The notes under the pieces are model-generated. The model did not search any database. It was not told the origin of the DNA and saw only the letters and a list, made by a program, of their open reading frames with translations. A program made the position numbers and the translations under genes. This document shows positions 9,345 to 19,111 of a stretch of DNA of 64,000 bases, piece after piece; the first letter of the stretch is position 1, and each line of letters opens with the position of its first letter. Source of the stretch: an uncultured Chloroflexia bacterium (GTDB lineage Bacteria > Chloroflexota > Limnocylindria > Limnocylindrales > CSP1-4); assembly GCA_963749705.1 (NCBI GenBank), contig CAVVNQ010000016.1:1-64000 (forward strand). The letters run 5' to 3'.

Positions 9345-11002
9345 CCGCCCACGCCGCTGCGCCCGCCATTCGGCCGTCGGGGCTCAGCCGGATCTACGGC
9401 TTCGGGAGCGTCTACGCGAAGACGATCCGCGACTCGCGCCTCGCGTTCATCATCGCCGCCGGCCTGCTCGGCGGGGTCACCCTGGTGATGGGCGCAGCGG
9501 TATCGAGCGTGTTCCCGACACCCGCCTCCCGGCTCGAGATCGACAAGCTCATCGGCGGGATGCCCGCCCAGATGGTCGACTTCTTCGGCAAGCCCGAGAA
9601 GCTGGGAACGCTGGGCGGCTACCTGACCTGGAAGTACGGCCTCACGATGGTGCTGATCACCACGCTGTGGTCCGTGCTCGCGCTGTCCGGCACCCTGGCC
9701 GGCGAGGCCAGCCGGGGCAGCCTCGACCTCATCGCCACCGGCCCGCTCGGCAAGCGCCGGATCGCGATCGAGAAGCTGGCGGCCCACCTCACGATGCTGG
9801 TCCTGGTGCTCGGGATCATGGTGGTGTCCCTCGTGGTCAGCTCGAACACGTTTGGCGATGCCGCGCTGGGCGACCAGATCGAGCCGCTGTCCGCGTTCGG
9901 CTTTGCCCTCTGGCTCGGCTTCGGCGCGCTGTTCTTCGGGGGCCTCGCGTTCGCGCTCGCGCCGCTGCTCGGGCGTGCCGGGTCGGCGGGCATCGCCGCA
10001 ATCGCGGCGGCGGTCCTGTGGACGGCGCACACGATGGACATGGGGCCGCTCGCGCTGCTCAGCCCGTACCACTGGATGGGCAACCAGGTCGCCCTCGTCG
10101 GCGAGTACGACTGGCCCGGCGTGGCCCTGGTCGGGATCGTCGCCGCCGTGCTGCTGGTGATCGGCATCGAGACGTTCAACCGCCGCGACCTCGGGGTCAC
10201 CGCGGGACTCGGGCTGCCGATGCTCCCGGCCGCGCTGCTGGGGGTCCACGGCCCCGTGAGCCGGGCGTTCGGCGAGCAGCTGCCGCGCGCGCTCGCCTGG
10301 GGGATCGGGATCGGCCTGTTCGGCGTGATGCTCGCGTCGCTGGCCGGCGAGATGACGAGCCAGCTCACCGGTGACGAGAACCTGCTCAAGGTCCTGCAGA
10401 CCGGCTTCCCGGGGCTCGACCTGACGACGGCGGGAGGGTTCCTGCAGCTGTTCGTCGAGCTGTTCTACATCGTCGCGGGGTTCGCGGCGGCGACGTTCGT
10501 GTCCAAGTGGGCGTCCGATGAGACCGGCGGCCGGCTCGAGGAGCTCCTGGCCACGCCGCTGCGCCGCTCCTCGTGGGTGCTCGCCGGTGGCATCGCGGCG
10601 CTCGGCGCGGTCGCGGTCATGACGCTCGTGTTCGCGCTCGGCGTCGGCCTCGGCGCCGCATCGGGTGGTCTGTCCGCCGGCGGTGCGATGCTCGGCTCCG
10701 TGTCCCTCGGCCTGTACGGCGCGGCCCTGGTCGGGATCGGCGTCGCGGTCGGCGGGCTGTGGCGGACGTCGATCGCCGCCGAGATCGTCGCCCTGTTCGT
10801 CGTGGCGACGTACCTCATCGGCCTGCTGGCGCCCCCGCTCGGGCTGCCGGACTGGGTCCACCAGCTGGCGCTCACCGCGCACTTCGGCCAGCCGATGGCC
10901 GGCCAGTGGGACGTCGTCGGGATCGTCGCCTCGGTGGTGATCGCCACGGCCGGCATCCTGCTCGGCTCCTGGGGGATGGCCAGGCGGGACGTCGGCCGGT
11001 AG
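9341..11002 (+). CDS. ABC-2 type exporter permease (internally duplicated, ~12 TM)
   Basis: Two halves (GEASRGSLDLIATGP / DETGGRLEELLATP; RRDLG / RRDVG); GTGA overlap with the ATPase gene. Confidence 0.9.
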
Positions 11003-11090
11003 GTCGTCGTCGTTCGTCTCGCGAACCGCGCCCCGTCGTCTGGCGGGGCGCGATGATTCGGCATCTGCGAACGTCATGCGGGGTACGTCG

Positions 11091-11576
11091 ATGACCGAGA
11101 ACGCCCTGTTCCTGCTGCCGGCGCTGCGGCGCGCCCGCGACCTCATCGATCGCGACTACGCGGAGCCGCTCGACCTGGACGCCATGGCCCGCGAAGCGGG
11201 CTACTCGCGGTATCACTTCGCCCGGGCGTTCAGGGCGGCCTACGGCGAGACGCCGCGCACGTATCTGACCCGGCGCCGGATCGAGCGGGCGAAGACGCTC
11301 CTGCGGACCGCGAACCTGTCCATCACCGAGATCTGCCTCCTGGTCGGCTTCGCGAGCCTCGGATCGTTCAGCGCGCGGTTCCGCGAGCTCGTCGGACGGT
11401 CGCCCAGCGAATACCGCACCGACGCGATCGCGGGGACCGGTGTCCCGCCGATCCCCGGGTGCGTGGTGCTGATGTGGACGCGGCCGCATCCCGACGGACA
11501 GCAATCGGGAAGAAGCGCGGGCGACGCCCACCGGGCTACGGTGTCCCGGAAACCACAGCCGGAGGAGCACCGATGA
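11091..11576 (+). CDS. AraC family HTH regulator
   Basis: LRRARDLIDRDYAEPLDL...SRYHFARAF...ITEICLLVGFASLGSFS...IPGC. Confidence 0.92.
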   Translation: MTENALFLLPALRRARDLIDRDYAEPLDLDAMAREAGYSRYHFARAFRAAYGETPRTYLTRRRIERAKTLLRTANLSITEICLLVGFASLGSFSARFRELVGRSPSEYRTDAIAGTGVPPIPGCVVLMWTRPHPDGQQSGRSAGDAHRATVSRKPQPEEHR

Positions 11577-11986
11577 TCAGCCGTCTCAACCACGTGAACG
11601 TGTTCGTGCTCGACCAGGAGCGCGCGAAGTCGTTCTACACCGAGACCCTCGGGTTCGAGCTTCGAAATGACGCCTCCCTCGACGGCTTTCGCTGGCTCAC
11701 GGTGGGCCCGAAGGACCAGAAGGACATGAGCATCCTCCTCGCCTACCCCGCACCGCCGATGTTCAGCCCGGAGGACGCGGAGACGGTCCGCGCGCTCGTC
11801 GCAAAGGGGTCGCTCGGCGGCGGCGTGTTCGAGACGTCCGACTGCCAGAAGACGTTCGAGGAGCTGTCGGCGAAGGGCGTGACGTTCCTCCAGGAGCCGG
11901 CCGAGCGGCCGTACGGGATCGAAGCGCTGTTCCGCGACGACTCCGGGAACTGGTTCAGCCTCACGCAGCCCAGGTGGCTCGGGTAG
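11573..11986 (+). CDS. VOC family protein
   Basis: VFVLDQERAKSFYTETLGF...QEPAERPYGIEALFRDDSGNWF; ATGA overlap with araC. Confidence 0.92.
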   Translation: MISRLNHVNVFVLDQERAKSFYTETLGFELRNDASLDGFRWLTVGPKDQKDMSILLAYPAPPMFSPEDAETVRALVAKGSLGGGVFETSDCQKTFEELSAKGVTFLQEPAERPYGIEALFRDDSGNWFSLTQPRWLG

Positions 11987-12183
11987 CCGGCCCGCCCGGC
12001 GTCGCCGGGGTGGTCCCGCTCATGGGCGACCGTGTCGCGGCGCCTCCTCGGTGTTGCCGTTACGGACCTGACAGCCCCCTGTAACCTGACACGCCGGGTC
12101 TGCGAACGCATATCGACGCACCGATCCGGGATCCTCCGTCGGAGGTTTCCATGCCCAGGAGCAGGAGGTTCCCCGTGCCAGCG

Positions 12184-12675
12184 ATGTCGAAGATCAGCCC
12201 GTGCCTGTGGTTCGACGGTGACGCCGAGGCCGCGGCGAAGCTGTACACGACGATCTTTCCCGACAGCCGCATCGCGCGGGTTGATCGCGCCCCGGCGGAA
12301 ACGCCGAGCGGTCCGAAGGACACCGTCCTGACGGTGGAGTTCTCGATCGCCGGTCAGACGTTCATCGCGTTGAACGGTGGCCCGGACTTCAAGTTCAACG
12401 AGGCGATCTCGTTCTCGATCGACTGCGAGGACCAGGCCGAGGTCGACCGGTACTGGGATGCGCTCATCGCCGACGGCGGTGCCGCGAGCGTGTGCGGCTG
12501 GCTCAAGGATCGCTTCGGCGTGTCCTGGCAGGTCGTCCCGCGACGGCTGACCGAGATGCTCCGGAGCCCGGATCGCGACGCCGCGGGTCGCGCGATGGAG
12601 GCCATGCTGAAGATGACCAAGATCGAGGTGGCGGAGCTCGAGCAGGCGTACGACGGGGTGACGGCCGGCGCCTGA
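12184..12675 (+). CDS. VOC family, PhnB/3-demethylubiquinone methyltransferase-like
   Basis: KISPCLWFDG, ALNGGP, QAEVDRYWDAL, CGWLKDRFGVSWQVVP. Confidence 0.92.
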   Translation: MSKISPCLWFDGDAEAAAKLYTTIFPDSRIARVDRAPAETPSGPKDTVLTVEFSIAGQTFIALNGGPDFKFNEAISFSIDCEDQAEVDRYWDALIADGGAASVCGWLKDRFGVSWQVVPRRLTEMLRSPDRDAAGRAMEAMLKMTKIEVAELEQAYDGVTAGA

Positions 12676-12734
12676 GCCCCGACGCCGCCGGCGTCCGGCG
12701 CCACGGACGCTGACCCGCGCGCGGGCCCGGATCC

Positions 12735-13493
12735 TCAGAGCCAGTGGGCGAGCAGCATCCCGAGCGCGCCCGCGAACGACGCGAGCCACAGGATGGACAG
12801 CGCCGCTTCGGGCGTGCTGATCAGGGTGCGCGCGTCGATCCGCTCTCGCGAGCCGTCCGAGTACGTGATCTCGCCGCTCACCCCCACCGCCCGGCGGCGG
12901 ATCGAGCGCGCGCGCGCGGACAGCCGCCGCTGGGCGAGGCTCAGCAACAGGGCCGCGAGCGCCGCGAGCGCCGTCGGTGCCGGATGCGCACCCGTCGCAT
13001 AGGCCGCCGTGACGACCGGGAAGGCACCCCAGCCGATCGCGAAGCCGAGGTCCGTGTGCACCAGCGGTGCCTCGAACGCATACAGGATGACGATCGCCGC
13101 ACCGCCGGCGACGAACACGAGGAACGCAGGTCCGAGCATCGTCGCCGCGACCAGGCCCAGCCCGACCGCGACCAGCAGCGCCGCCGTGCCCAGCGCGACC
13201 AGCACCGCCGACGGGATCCGCGTTCGCAGGGGCCGGCCCTTGAGCTCGTCGAACGCGTGGGCGGCGACGCCAACGGCGAGCCCGAACGCGACCAGCGCCC
13301 CGGCCACGATCCTGGGGTCCGGGTCGGGCGCGATCGCGGCACCCAGGAGCACGTACGAGAGGTGCCACACGGTGTACGGGGGATGCAGGAGCGTCCAGTA
13401 GTCCCGCCAGCCGCCCCGGCGTGCCGCGTAGAACGCGGGGGTCAGCGCCGCGCCGGTGGGCAGCTGCGGGGGCTCGGCGCTCTCCGCGCTCAT
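12735..13493 (-). CDS. Multi-pass membrane protein, UbiA prenyltransferase-like
   Basis: ~7-8 TM; DYWTLLHPPYTVWHLSYV and AHAFDELKGRP; ATGA-coupled to the methyltransferase gene. Confidence 0.6.
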   Translation of the reverse strand: MSAESAEPPQLPTGAALTPAFYAARRGGWRDYWTLLHPPYTVWHLSYVLLGAAIAPDPDPRIVAGALVAFGLAVGVAAHAFDELKGRPLRTRIPSAVLVALGTAALLVAVGLGLVAATMLGPAFLVFVAGGAAIVILYAFEAPLVHTDLGFAIGWGAFPVVTAAYATGAHPAPTALAALAALLLSLAQRRLSARARSIRRRAVGVSGEITYSDGSRERIDARTLISTPEAALSILWLASFAGALGMLLAHWL

Positions 13494-14221
13494 CGCCTGG
13501 TGGCACTCATCACGACGCCGCCGCCGAGGCTCATCCGCCGCGTGCGGACATCGGTGAGACCGGCATCGCGCCAGTAGCCCTCGATGGCCGCGGCCGGGTG
13601 ACGGGCGTGGAAGCCCTCGATGCTCGGGCCGAGGAACGCGCCGACGGCGGACCATCTCGCCGAGACGGTTCGGCCCGCGAGCGGGAGGATCATCCGCGTG
13701 TACAGCCGCCACCACGGGCGCCACGCACCGCCGGGCACGCCGAACTCGACCATCGCGACCCGGCCGCCCGGCTTCACGACGCGCGCCAGCTCGCGCATCG
13801 TCGCCGCCGGATCGTCGACGTAGCGCAGGAGATACGTGAACGTGAGGTGGTCGAACGCCGCGTCGCCGAACGGCAGCGTCTCCGCCCGTCCCTCGACGAT
13901 CGCCTCGTACACGCCGTCGCGTCGCGCCGCCATGCGCAGCATGTCCGCGCTCTGGTCGAGCCCGACGACGGTGCACCCGTATCGGTCGTGGAGTGCCTGC
14001 GCCACCATCCCGGTGCCGGTGGCGACGTCGAGCACGCGGTCCGTCGGCCGGGCGTCGATCGCGTCAACCAGCGCCCGGCGCCAGCGCGGGTCCTGGCCCA
14101 GCGAGAGGACCGTCGCGACCCGATCGTACGATCCCGCGATCCCGGTGAAGATGCGCTCCGCGTCGTCCACCATCGTCAGGCGGCCCGGTGCGGTCGTCTC
14201 GACAGGCTGTCGCTCGCTCAT
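13490..14221 (-). CDS. UbiE/MenG-like class I SAM methyltransferase
   Basis: FTGIAGSYD...LSLGQDPRWRR, VLDVATGTG, LPF..AAFD, ELARVVKPGG. Confidence 0.88.
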   Translation of the reverse strand: MSERQPVETTAPGRLTMVDDAERIFTGIAGSYDRVATVLSLGQDPRWRRALVDAIDARPTDRVLDVATGTGMVAQALHDRYGCTVVGLDQSADMLRMAARRDGVYEAIVEGRAETLPFGDAAFDHLTFTYLLRYVDDPAATMRELARVVKPGGRVAMVEFGVPGGAWRPWWRLYTRMILPLAGRTVSARWSAVGAFLGPSIEGFHARHPAAAIEGYWRDAGLTDVRTRRMSLGGGVVMSATRR

Positions 14222-14331
14222 CACGTCTCCGGTGCGAGGATGCGTCCTCGACGAAGGGTCGCACGCCGTGATCGACACCGCCAGAGCCACGGTCGGGACC
14301 GGACCGGGCACAACCGGTGACGAGCTCGCCG

Positions 14332-15195
14332 TCAGCCGCCGATCAGGCCGGCGTGTCGCACGCCGTAGATCCGGGCGGCGGTCCCGCCCAGGATGTCGGA
14401 CCGCTCGGACGGGGTCAGCTGCGAAACCAGCCCTTCCATGGCTTCGACGACCTCCCGGTAGGACGAACCTTGCCGGCACACCGGCCAGTCGCTGCCGAAC
14501 ATGAGGCGCCGGGGCCCGAATGCCTCGACCGCCGCCTCCACGGCCGGACGGATCTCGTCCGGGGTCCAGCCAGGCCCGGCGGCCGTATCGAGCCCGGACA
14601 GCTTCGCGGTCACGTTCGGCCGTGCCGCCGCACGACGAAGCTGCTCGCGCCACGTCGACCAGCCGGCCGAGCGGAACGGCGGATTCGCAAGGTGGTCGAC
14701 GACCAGGGCCAGGTCGGGGTGCCGGTCCGCGACGGCCGGCACCAGCCGGAGGTGCTCCGGGAACACGGCCACGATGTCGAAGGTGAGGCCACGGCGCGCC
14801 AGCAGCTCCAGGCCCTCGGCGACATCGCCGCGCACGAGCCATTCCGGGTCGGGCTCATGGTGGGTGAGGTGTCGCACGCCGCGCAGGGCCGGGTGAGGAC
14901 GGGCGTCGAGGGCGGCTTCCGCGGCGCGGACATCGTGGAGCGGGACCCAGCCGACGACCGCGCCGATGAACGGGTACCTGTCGACCGCCGCAAGCATCGA
15001 GTCGGTGTCGTCGAGGGTGCCGACAGTCTGCACCAGGACCGTTGCGTCGATCCCGGCCGGACCCAGCTCCGGCTCCAGGTCGGCCGGCGTGTACGTCCGA
15101 TAGATCGCGCCGTCGGCCGGGGTTGGCCACGCGTATCGGCCACTCTCGATGTCCCAGAAGTGCTGGTGGGCATCGATCCGGATCGGATCGCTCAT
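14332..15195 (-). CDS. Amidohydrolase, probable L-fucono-1,5-lactonase
   Basis: IDAHQHFW, GAVVGWV, VVDHLANP, KLSGL, FGPRRLMFGSDWPVC; sugar-acid cluster context. Confidence 0.85.
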   Translation of the reverse strand: MSDPIRIDAHQHFWDIESGRYAWPTPADGAIYRTYTPADLEPELGPAGIDATVLVQTVGTLDDTDSMLAAVDRYPFIGAVVGWVPLHDVRAAEAALDARPHPALRGVRHLTHHEPDPEWLVRGDVAEGLELLARRGLTFDIVAVFPEHLRLVPAVADRHPDLALVVDHLANPPFRSAGWSTWREQLRRAAARPNVTAKLSGLDTAAGPGWTPDEIRPAVEAAVEAFGPRRLMFGSDWPVCRQGSSYREVVEAMEGLVSQLTPSERSDILGGTAARIYGVRHAGLIGG

Positions 15196-15947
15196 CGCCG
15201 GGTGCGCGCCTTCCTCCCGGGCTGCGCCGCGGCCGCCTCGACGTGCTCGTCCTGGCGCGACAGGCGATCCGCGACGGCCCGGCGGAACCACGCCTCCGTC
15301 GTCGCCACGTGGACCAGCGCCGCCGATGAGGCGCGGACCGGGTCGCGGGCGATCAGGGCGTCCAGGATGTCCTGGTGCTGGGCAACCGTGCGTGGGCCGG
15401 CGCCCTCCTCGGCCACGCCACGCCAGGCCCGGACCCGAAGCGTCCGGCTCGAAACCGCGGTGAGCATCGAGGCGAGCGTCTGATTCCCGGACCGTGCGGC
15501 GATGAGCCGGTGGAACTCGGCGTCGTACTCGATCCGTTCCGCCTCCGACGCCGCGTCCCGCATCCGCTGCAGGTAGCCGCCGAGCGTCGCCAGGGACTCG
15601 TCGTCGATCCGCTCCGCCGCCAGTGCCGTCGCTGCCGGCTCCAGGATCCGCCGGACGGCGATCAGCTCGAGCGAGAACCCCTCCTGCATCAGGTCGACCG
15701 CCGCACCGAAGCCCTCGAGCAGGAGCTCCGGGCGAAGGCTGGTCACATAGGTGCCGTCACCGCGCCGGACGTCCAGCACATGGACCGTCACCAGGGCCCG
15801 GACCGCTTCGCGGACGGTGTTGCGCGACGCCCCGAGGAGGTGCGCAAGGTCACCCTCCGGCGGCAGCCGCGCGCCAGGCTCAAGGTCTCCCCTGGCGATC
15901 ATCTCGCGCATCCTGGCGATCGCGGCTTCGGTGAGCGGCGCGGCCAT
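15192..15947 (-). CDS. FadR/GntR family regulator
   Basis: LEPGARLPPEGDLA...SRNTVREAV...RRGDGTYVTSL; FCD domain DAEFH. Confidence 0.93.
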   Translation of the reverse strand: MAAPLTEAAIARMREMIARGDLEPGARLPPEGDLAHLLGASRNTVREAVRALVTVHVLDVRRGDGTYVTSLRPELLLEGFGAAVDLMQEGFSLELIAVRRILEPAATALAAERIDDESLATLGGYLQRMRDAASEAERIEYDAEFHRLIAARSGNQTLASMLTAVSSRTLRVRAWRGVAEEGAGPRTVAQHQDILDALIARDPVRASSAALVHVATTEAWFRRAVADRLSRQDEHVEAAAAQPGRKARTRR

Positions 15948-16023
15948 GGCGGGCCCTCTGCGGGTGTCGGCGGTTGACGCTGCTCTGAAGATACCGCGCG
16001 TCAGCGATCGCCAGAATACCACT

Positions 16024-16038
16024 AGACATCCTATGTAT
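16024..16038. promoter_or_regulatory. Candidate FadR operator in the divergent promoter region
   Basis: AGACATCCTATGTAT: ACAT-N3-ATGT palindrome in an AT-richer spacer. Confidence 0.55.
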
Positions 16039-16124
16039 GAAGGCGTTATGGTCGAAAAGGACCGCGCAGAGCCGACCAACGGACACAGACACCCGACTAT
16101 TCAGGCAACGAGCGGAGGAACCTG

Positions 16125-17198
16125 TTGGAGCAGTCGACCGGTGCGCCGAGCGGATCCGGCGTAACCGTCGCGCCCGCGGAGCATTCGCCCGAGGCGGCCG
16201 GCCGCGGCCATCGGGACGGTCATCGCAGAGTGCGCGTCGGTCTCACCGTGCTGCGCATCGGACCGCTCCTGATCCTGCTCGTGCTGATCGTCGCACTGTC
16301 GCTGCTGTCGCCGTTCTTCTTCACGACCCGCAACCTGGGCAACGTCATGGCCGCGACGGCGGCGATCGCGGTCCTGTCACTGGGCCAGCTCCTGGTGATC
16401 CTGACCCGCGGGATCGACCTGTCGGTCGGGTCGACGCTGGCGCTGGCGTCGGTCGTCGGGGCGCTCGTCTACGGCAGCGTGGCGTCCGGCCCCGTGGTCG
16501 TCGCGGCCATGCTGGCGACCGGGCTGCTGGTCGGGGCCGTCAACGGCATCGTGTACGTGAAGGGCCGCCTGCCCCATCCGTTCATCATCACCCTGGCGAT
16601 GCTGAGCATCGCCCGCGGCCTCGCGCTGTGGCTGTCGGGCGGGCAGCCGATCCGCGGGATGCCGCCCGTCGTCGATTCCATCGGCGGCGGCTCGGTCGAC
16701 TGGTTCCCGGTGTCGGCGATCCTGGTCCTCGGCATCGCGTTCGTCGTGTTCGTGCTCACGACGCGGATCGTCTGGGGTCGCTGGATCTACGCCGTGGGCG
16801 GGAACCCCGAGGCCGCCCGGCGGACGGGCATCCCGGTCAACAAGGTGCTCATCTCGGTCTACGTCCTGAGCGGCCTGATGGCCGGGATCGCGGGGATCAT
16901 CACCGCCGGCCGGCTCGACGCCGGGTCGCCCACGTTCGGGGACCTCGCCGAGCTGGATTCGATCGCTGCGGTGGTGATCGGCGGCGCGAGCTTCCTCGGC
17001 GGTCGCGGCAACGTCCTCAACGCGCTGGTCGGAGCGCTGATGATCGGGGTCATCCGCAACGGGATGAACCTGCTCGCGGTCGACGCGTTCTTCCAGCTCA
17101 TCGTGATCGGCGTCGTCATCGTGCTGGCGGTCGAGGCGGACGTCCTGCGCGGCTACCTGGAGGATCGCTTCCGGACCTTCGGGGCACCCCGGCCATGA
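16125..17198 (+). CDS. Sugar ABC transporter permease (RbsC-like)
   Basis: ILTRGIDLSVGS, PFIITLA, IYAVGGNPEAAR, ELDSIAAVVIGGAS; TTG start after GGAGG. Confidence 0.93.
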   Translation: MEQSTGAPSGSGVTVAPAEHSPEAAGRGHRDGHRRVRVGLTVLRIGPLLILLVLIVALSLLSPFFFTTRNLGNVMAATAAIAVLSLGQLLVILTRGIDLSVGSTLALASVVGALVYGSVASGPVVVAAMLATGLLVGAVNGIVYVKGRLPHPFIITLAMLSIARGLALWLSGGQPIRGMPPVVDSIGGGSVDWFPVSAILVLGIAFVVFVLTTRIVWGRWIYAVGGNPEAARRTGIPVNKVLISVYVLSGLMAGIAGIITAGRLDAGSPTFGDLAELDSIAAVVIGGASFLGGRGNVLNALVGALMIGVIRNGMNLLAVDAFFQLIVIGVVIVLAVEADVLRGYLEDRFRTFGAPRP

Positions 17199-17959
17199 CG
17201 TCCGCGACGACCGTCCCCGCCCTCGCCGTCCGCGGCGCCACGAAGCGGTTCGGCGCCGTGCTCGCGCTCGACGGGGTGGACCTGGAGGCCCATCGCGGCC
17301 AGGTGGTTGCCATCCTCGGCGACAACGGCGCGGGCAAGTCCACGCTCATCAAGTGCATCAGCGGCGTACACCAGCTCGATGGCGGGGTCATCGAGATGGA
17401 CGGCCGGCCGACGGCGATCCATTCCCCCGCGCAGGCACGGGACCTCGGCATCGAGACCGTCTACCAGGACCTGGCCCTGTTCGACAACCTCGGGCCCGCC
17501 GCCAACTTCTACGCGGGCCGCGAGGCAGCGGGACCACGCTGGCTGCCGCAGTGGCTGCGGGTGCTCGACCGCAGGGGGATGGCCGACCAGACCGCGGAGC
17601 TGCTCGACCGGCTGGAGGTCGGGCTGCCCGACATGTCGAGCCTGGTCGGGCTGCTGTCCGGCGGTCAGCGCCAGGCCGTCGCCGTCGCCCGCGCGGCGGC
17701 GTTCGCCTCGAACGTGGTCATCCTCGACGAGCCGACGGCGGCCCTCGGCGTCCGCGAGTCGCGCCACGTCCTGGACCTGATCAGCCGGCTGCGCGAGCGG
17801 GATCACGCGGTGATCGTCATCTCGCACGCCCTCGATCACGTCATCGACATCGCCGATCGAGCCGTCGTCCTGCGACGCGGCCGCAAGGTCGGAGAGGAGA
17901 TCCCGACCCGCGAGAACCAGCAGCGGATCGTGTCGCTGATCGTCGGAGGTGAAGGTTGA
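17195..17959 (+). CDS. Sugar ABC transporter ATP-binding protein (single domain)
   Basis: GDNGAGKST, IETVYQDLAL, LSGGQRQ, ILDEPTAALG. Confidence 0.93.
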   Translation: MTSATTVPALAVRGATKRFGAVLALDGVDLEAHRGQVVAILGDNGAGKSTLIKCISGVHQLDGGVIEMDGRPTAIHSPAQARDLGIETVYQDLALFDNLGPAANFYAGREAAGPRWLPQWLRVLDRRGMADQTAELLDRLEVGLPDMSSLVGLLSGGQRQAVAVARAAAFASNVVILDEPTAALGVRESRHVLDLISRLRERDHAVIVISHALDHVIDIADRAVVLRRGRKVGEEIPTRENQQRIVSLIVGGEG

Positions 17960-18046
17960 GTCGATGAGTCCTGCTGCCGGGCGACCCGTCGTCCCCGGAT
18001 CCCCAACGACCGATCCGATCGGTCTCCGCCGCACAAGGAGAGGGAC

Positions 18047-19030
18047 ATGCTAAGGAGAACTGGCGGTCTGCTCATCGCCATCGCCCTGATCGTGGGCGCC
18101 TGCTCGAGCGCAGGTCCGAGCACCGCGCCGAGCTCGGCGTCGTCGAGCGCGGCAGCGTCCAGCGAGGCGAGCGCCTCCGCCGACAAGGTCAAGATCGGGT
18201 TCATCACCAAGTTCCCGGTCGACTTCTACGACATCATGGTCGACGCGGCCAAGGCCTGGGCGGCCGACCACGCCGACGTCGAGGTCGTGTTCGCGCAGGG
18301 CAAGAGCGGGACGGACGACGAGGGTGAGATCGCGGCCATCGAGTCGATGATCACCCAGGGCGTGAACGCGATCGCCATCACCCCGACCAGCCCCAACGTG
18401 CAGACGGCGCTGGACAAGGCGACGGCCGCCGGGATCAAGGTCGTGCTCATCGACAACGACATCCCCGACTGGTCGGGCAAGTCCTCGGTCGTGGCGACCG
18501 ACAACCTCGCCGGCGGCAAGCTCGCCGGGACCTGGCTCAAGGACAACCTCTCGGCCGGCGCCAAGCTGGCCGTCCTGAAGGGCCGGCTCGGAAATCCGTC
18601 CCTCGAGGACCGGGTCACCGGCATGCTCGCCACGCTGGGTGACGCAGCGACTGTCGTGGGCGGAAGCCCGGCCACCGACTGCGACCAGACCAAGGGCCTG
18701 GATGCCGCCACCGACATCCTGACCGCCAATCCCGACCTCGACGCGCTCTACTCCGCCTGCGGTCCGCCCGCGCTGGGTGCCCTGACGGCGATCAAGAACG
18801 CGAGCATCGACGCCGGCAGGATCGTGGTCGTCGGGTTCGACGCGTCACCCGGTGAGATCGACGCGATCATCGCCGGCGAGGAGGCAGGCTCCGTCGCCCA
18901 GTTCCCCGCCAAGATGGGATCGCTGGGGATCGAGACCGCCTACAAGGCGGCCAAGGGCGAGAGCGTCGAGGCCAACGTCGACACGGGAACCGAGATGGTG
19001 ACCAAGGACAACGCCGCCCAGTTCAAGTAA
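18047..19030 (+). CDS. Sugar ABC transporter substrate-binding lipoprotein (RbsB-like)
   Basis: Lipobox VGAC, Ser-rich linker, VATDNLAGG, VVGFDA, VAQFP. Confidence 0.93.
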   Translation: MLRRTGGLLIAIALIVGACSSAGPSTAPSSASSSAAASSEASASADKVKIGFITKFPVDFYDIMVDAAKAWAADHADVEVVFAQGKSGTDDEGEIAAIESMITQGVNAIAITPTSPNVQTALDKATAAGIKVVLIDNDIPDWSGKSSVVATDNLAGGKLAGTWLKDNLSAGAKLAVLKGRLGNPSLEDRVTGMLATLGDAATVVGGSPATDCDQTKGLDAATDILTANPDLDALYSACGPPALGALTAIKNASIDAGRIVVVGFDASPGEIDAIIAGEEAGSVAQFPAKMGSLGIETAYKAAKGESVEANVDTGTEMVTKDNAAQFK

Positions 19031-19042
19031 ACCGTGAGCTCA

Positions 19043-19077
19043 CGGGGTGCCCGAGACCTCCTCCCTCGGGCACCCCG
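19043..19077 (+). terminator. Strong stem-loop after the binding-protein gene (mRNA stabiliser or partial terminator)
   Basis: 13-bp stem CGGGGTGCCCGAG/CTCGGGCACCCCG, no U-tract. Confidence 0.65.
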
Positions 19078-19111
19078 ATCCCAGCTGTCCATTCGAGCCG
19101 GAGTCCGCCCC

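Noticed and set aside
12069-12110. ECF-type promoter (TGTAAC...CGAA) upstream of the PhnB-like gene
   Set aside because: Possible, but the -10 match is weak; the tandem-repeat/N44 geometry explains the site at least as well. Left unresolved.
13490-14221. Assigning the symbol ubiE/menG
   Set aside because: Family motifs are present, but the context is atypical and orthology cannot be shown without a search.
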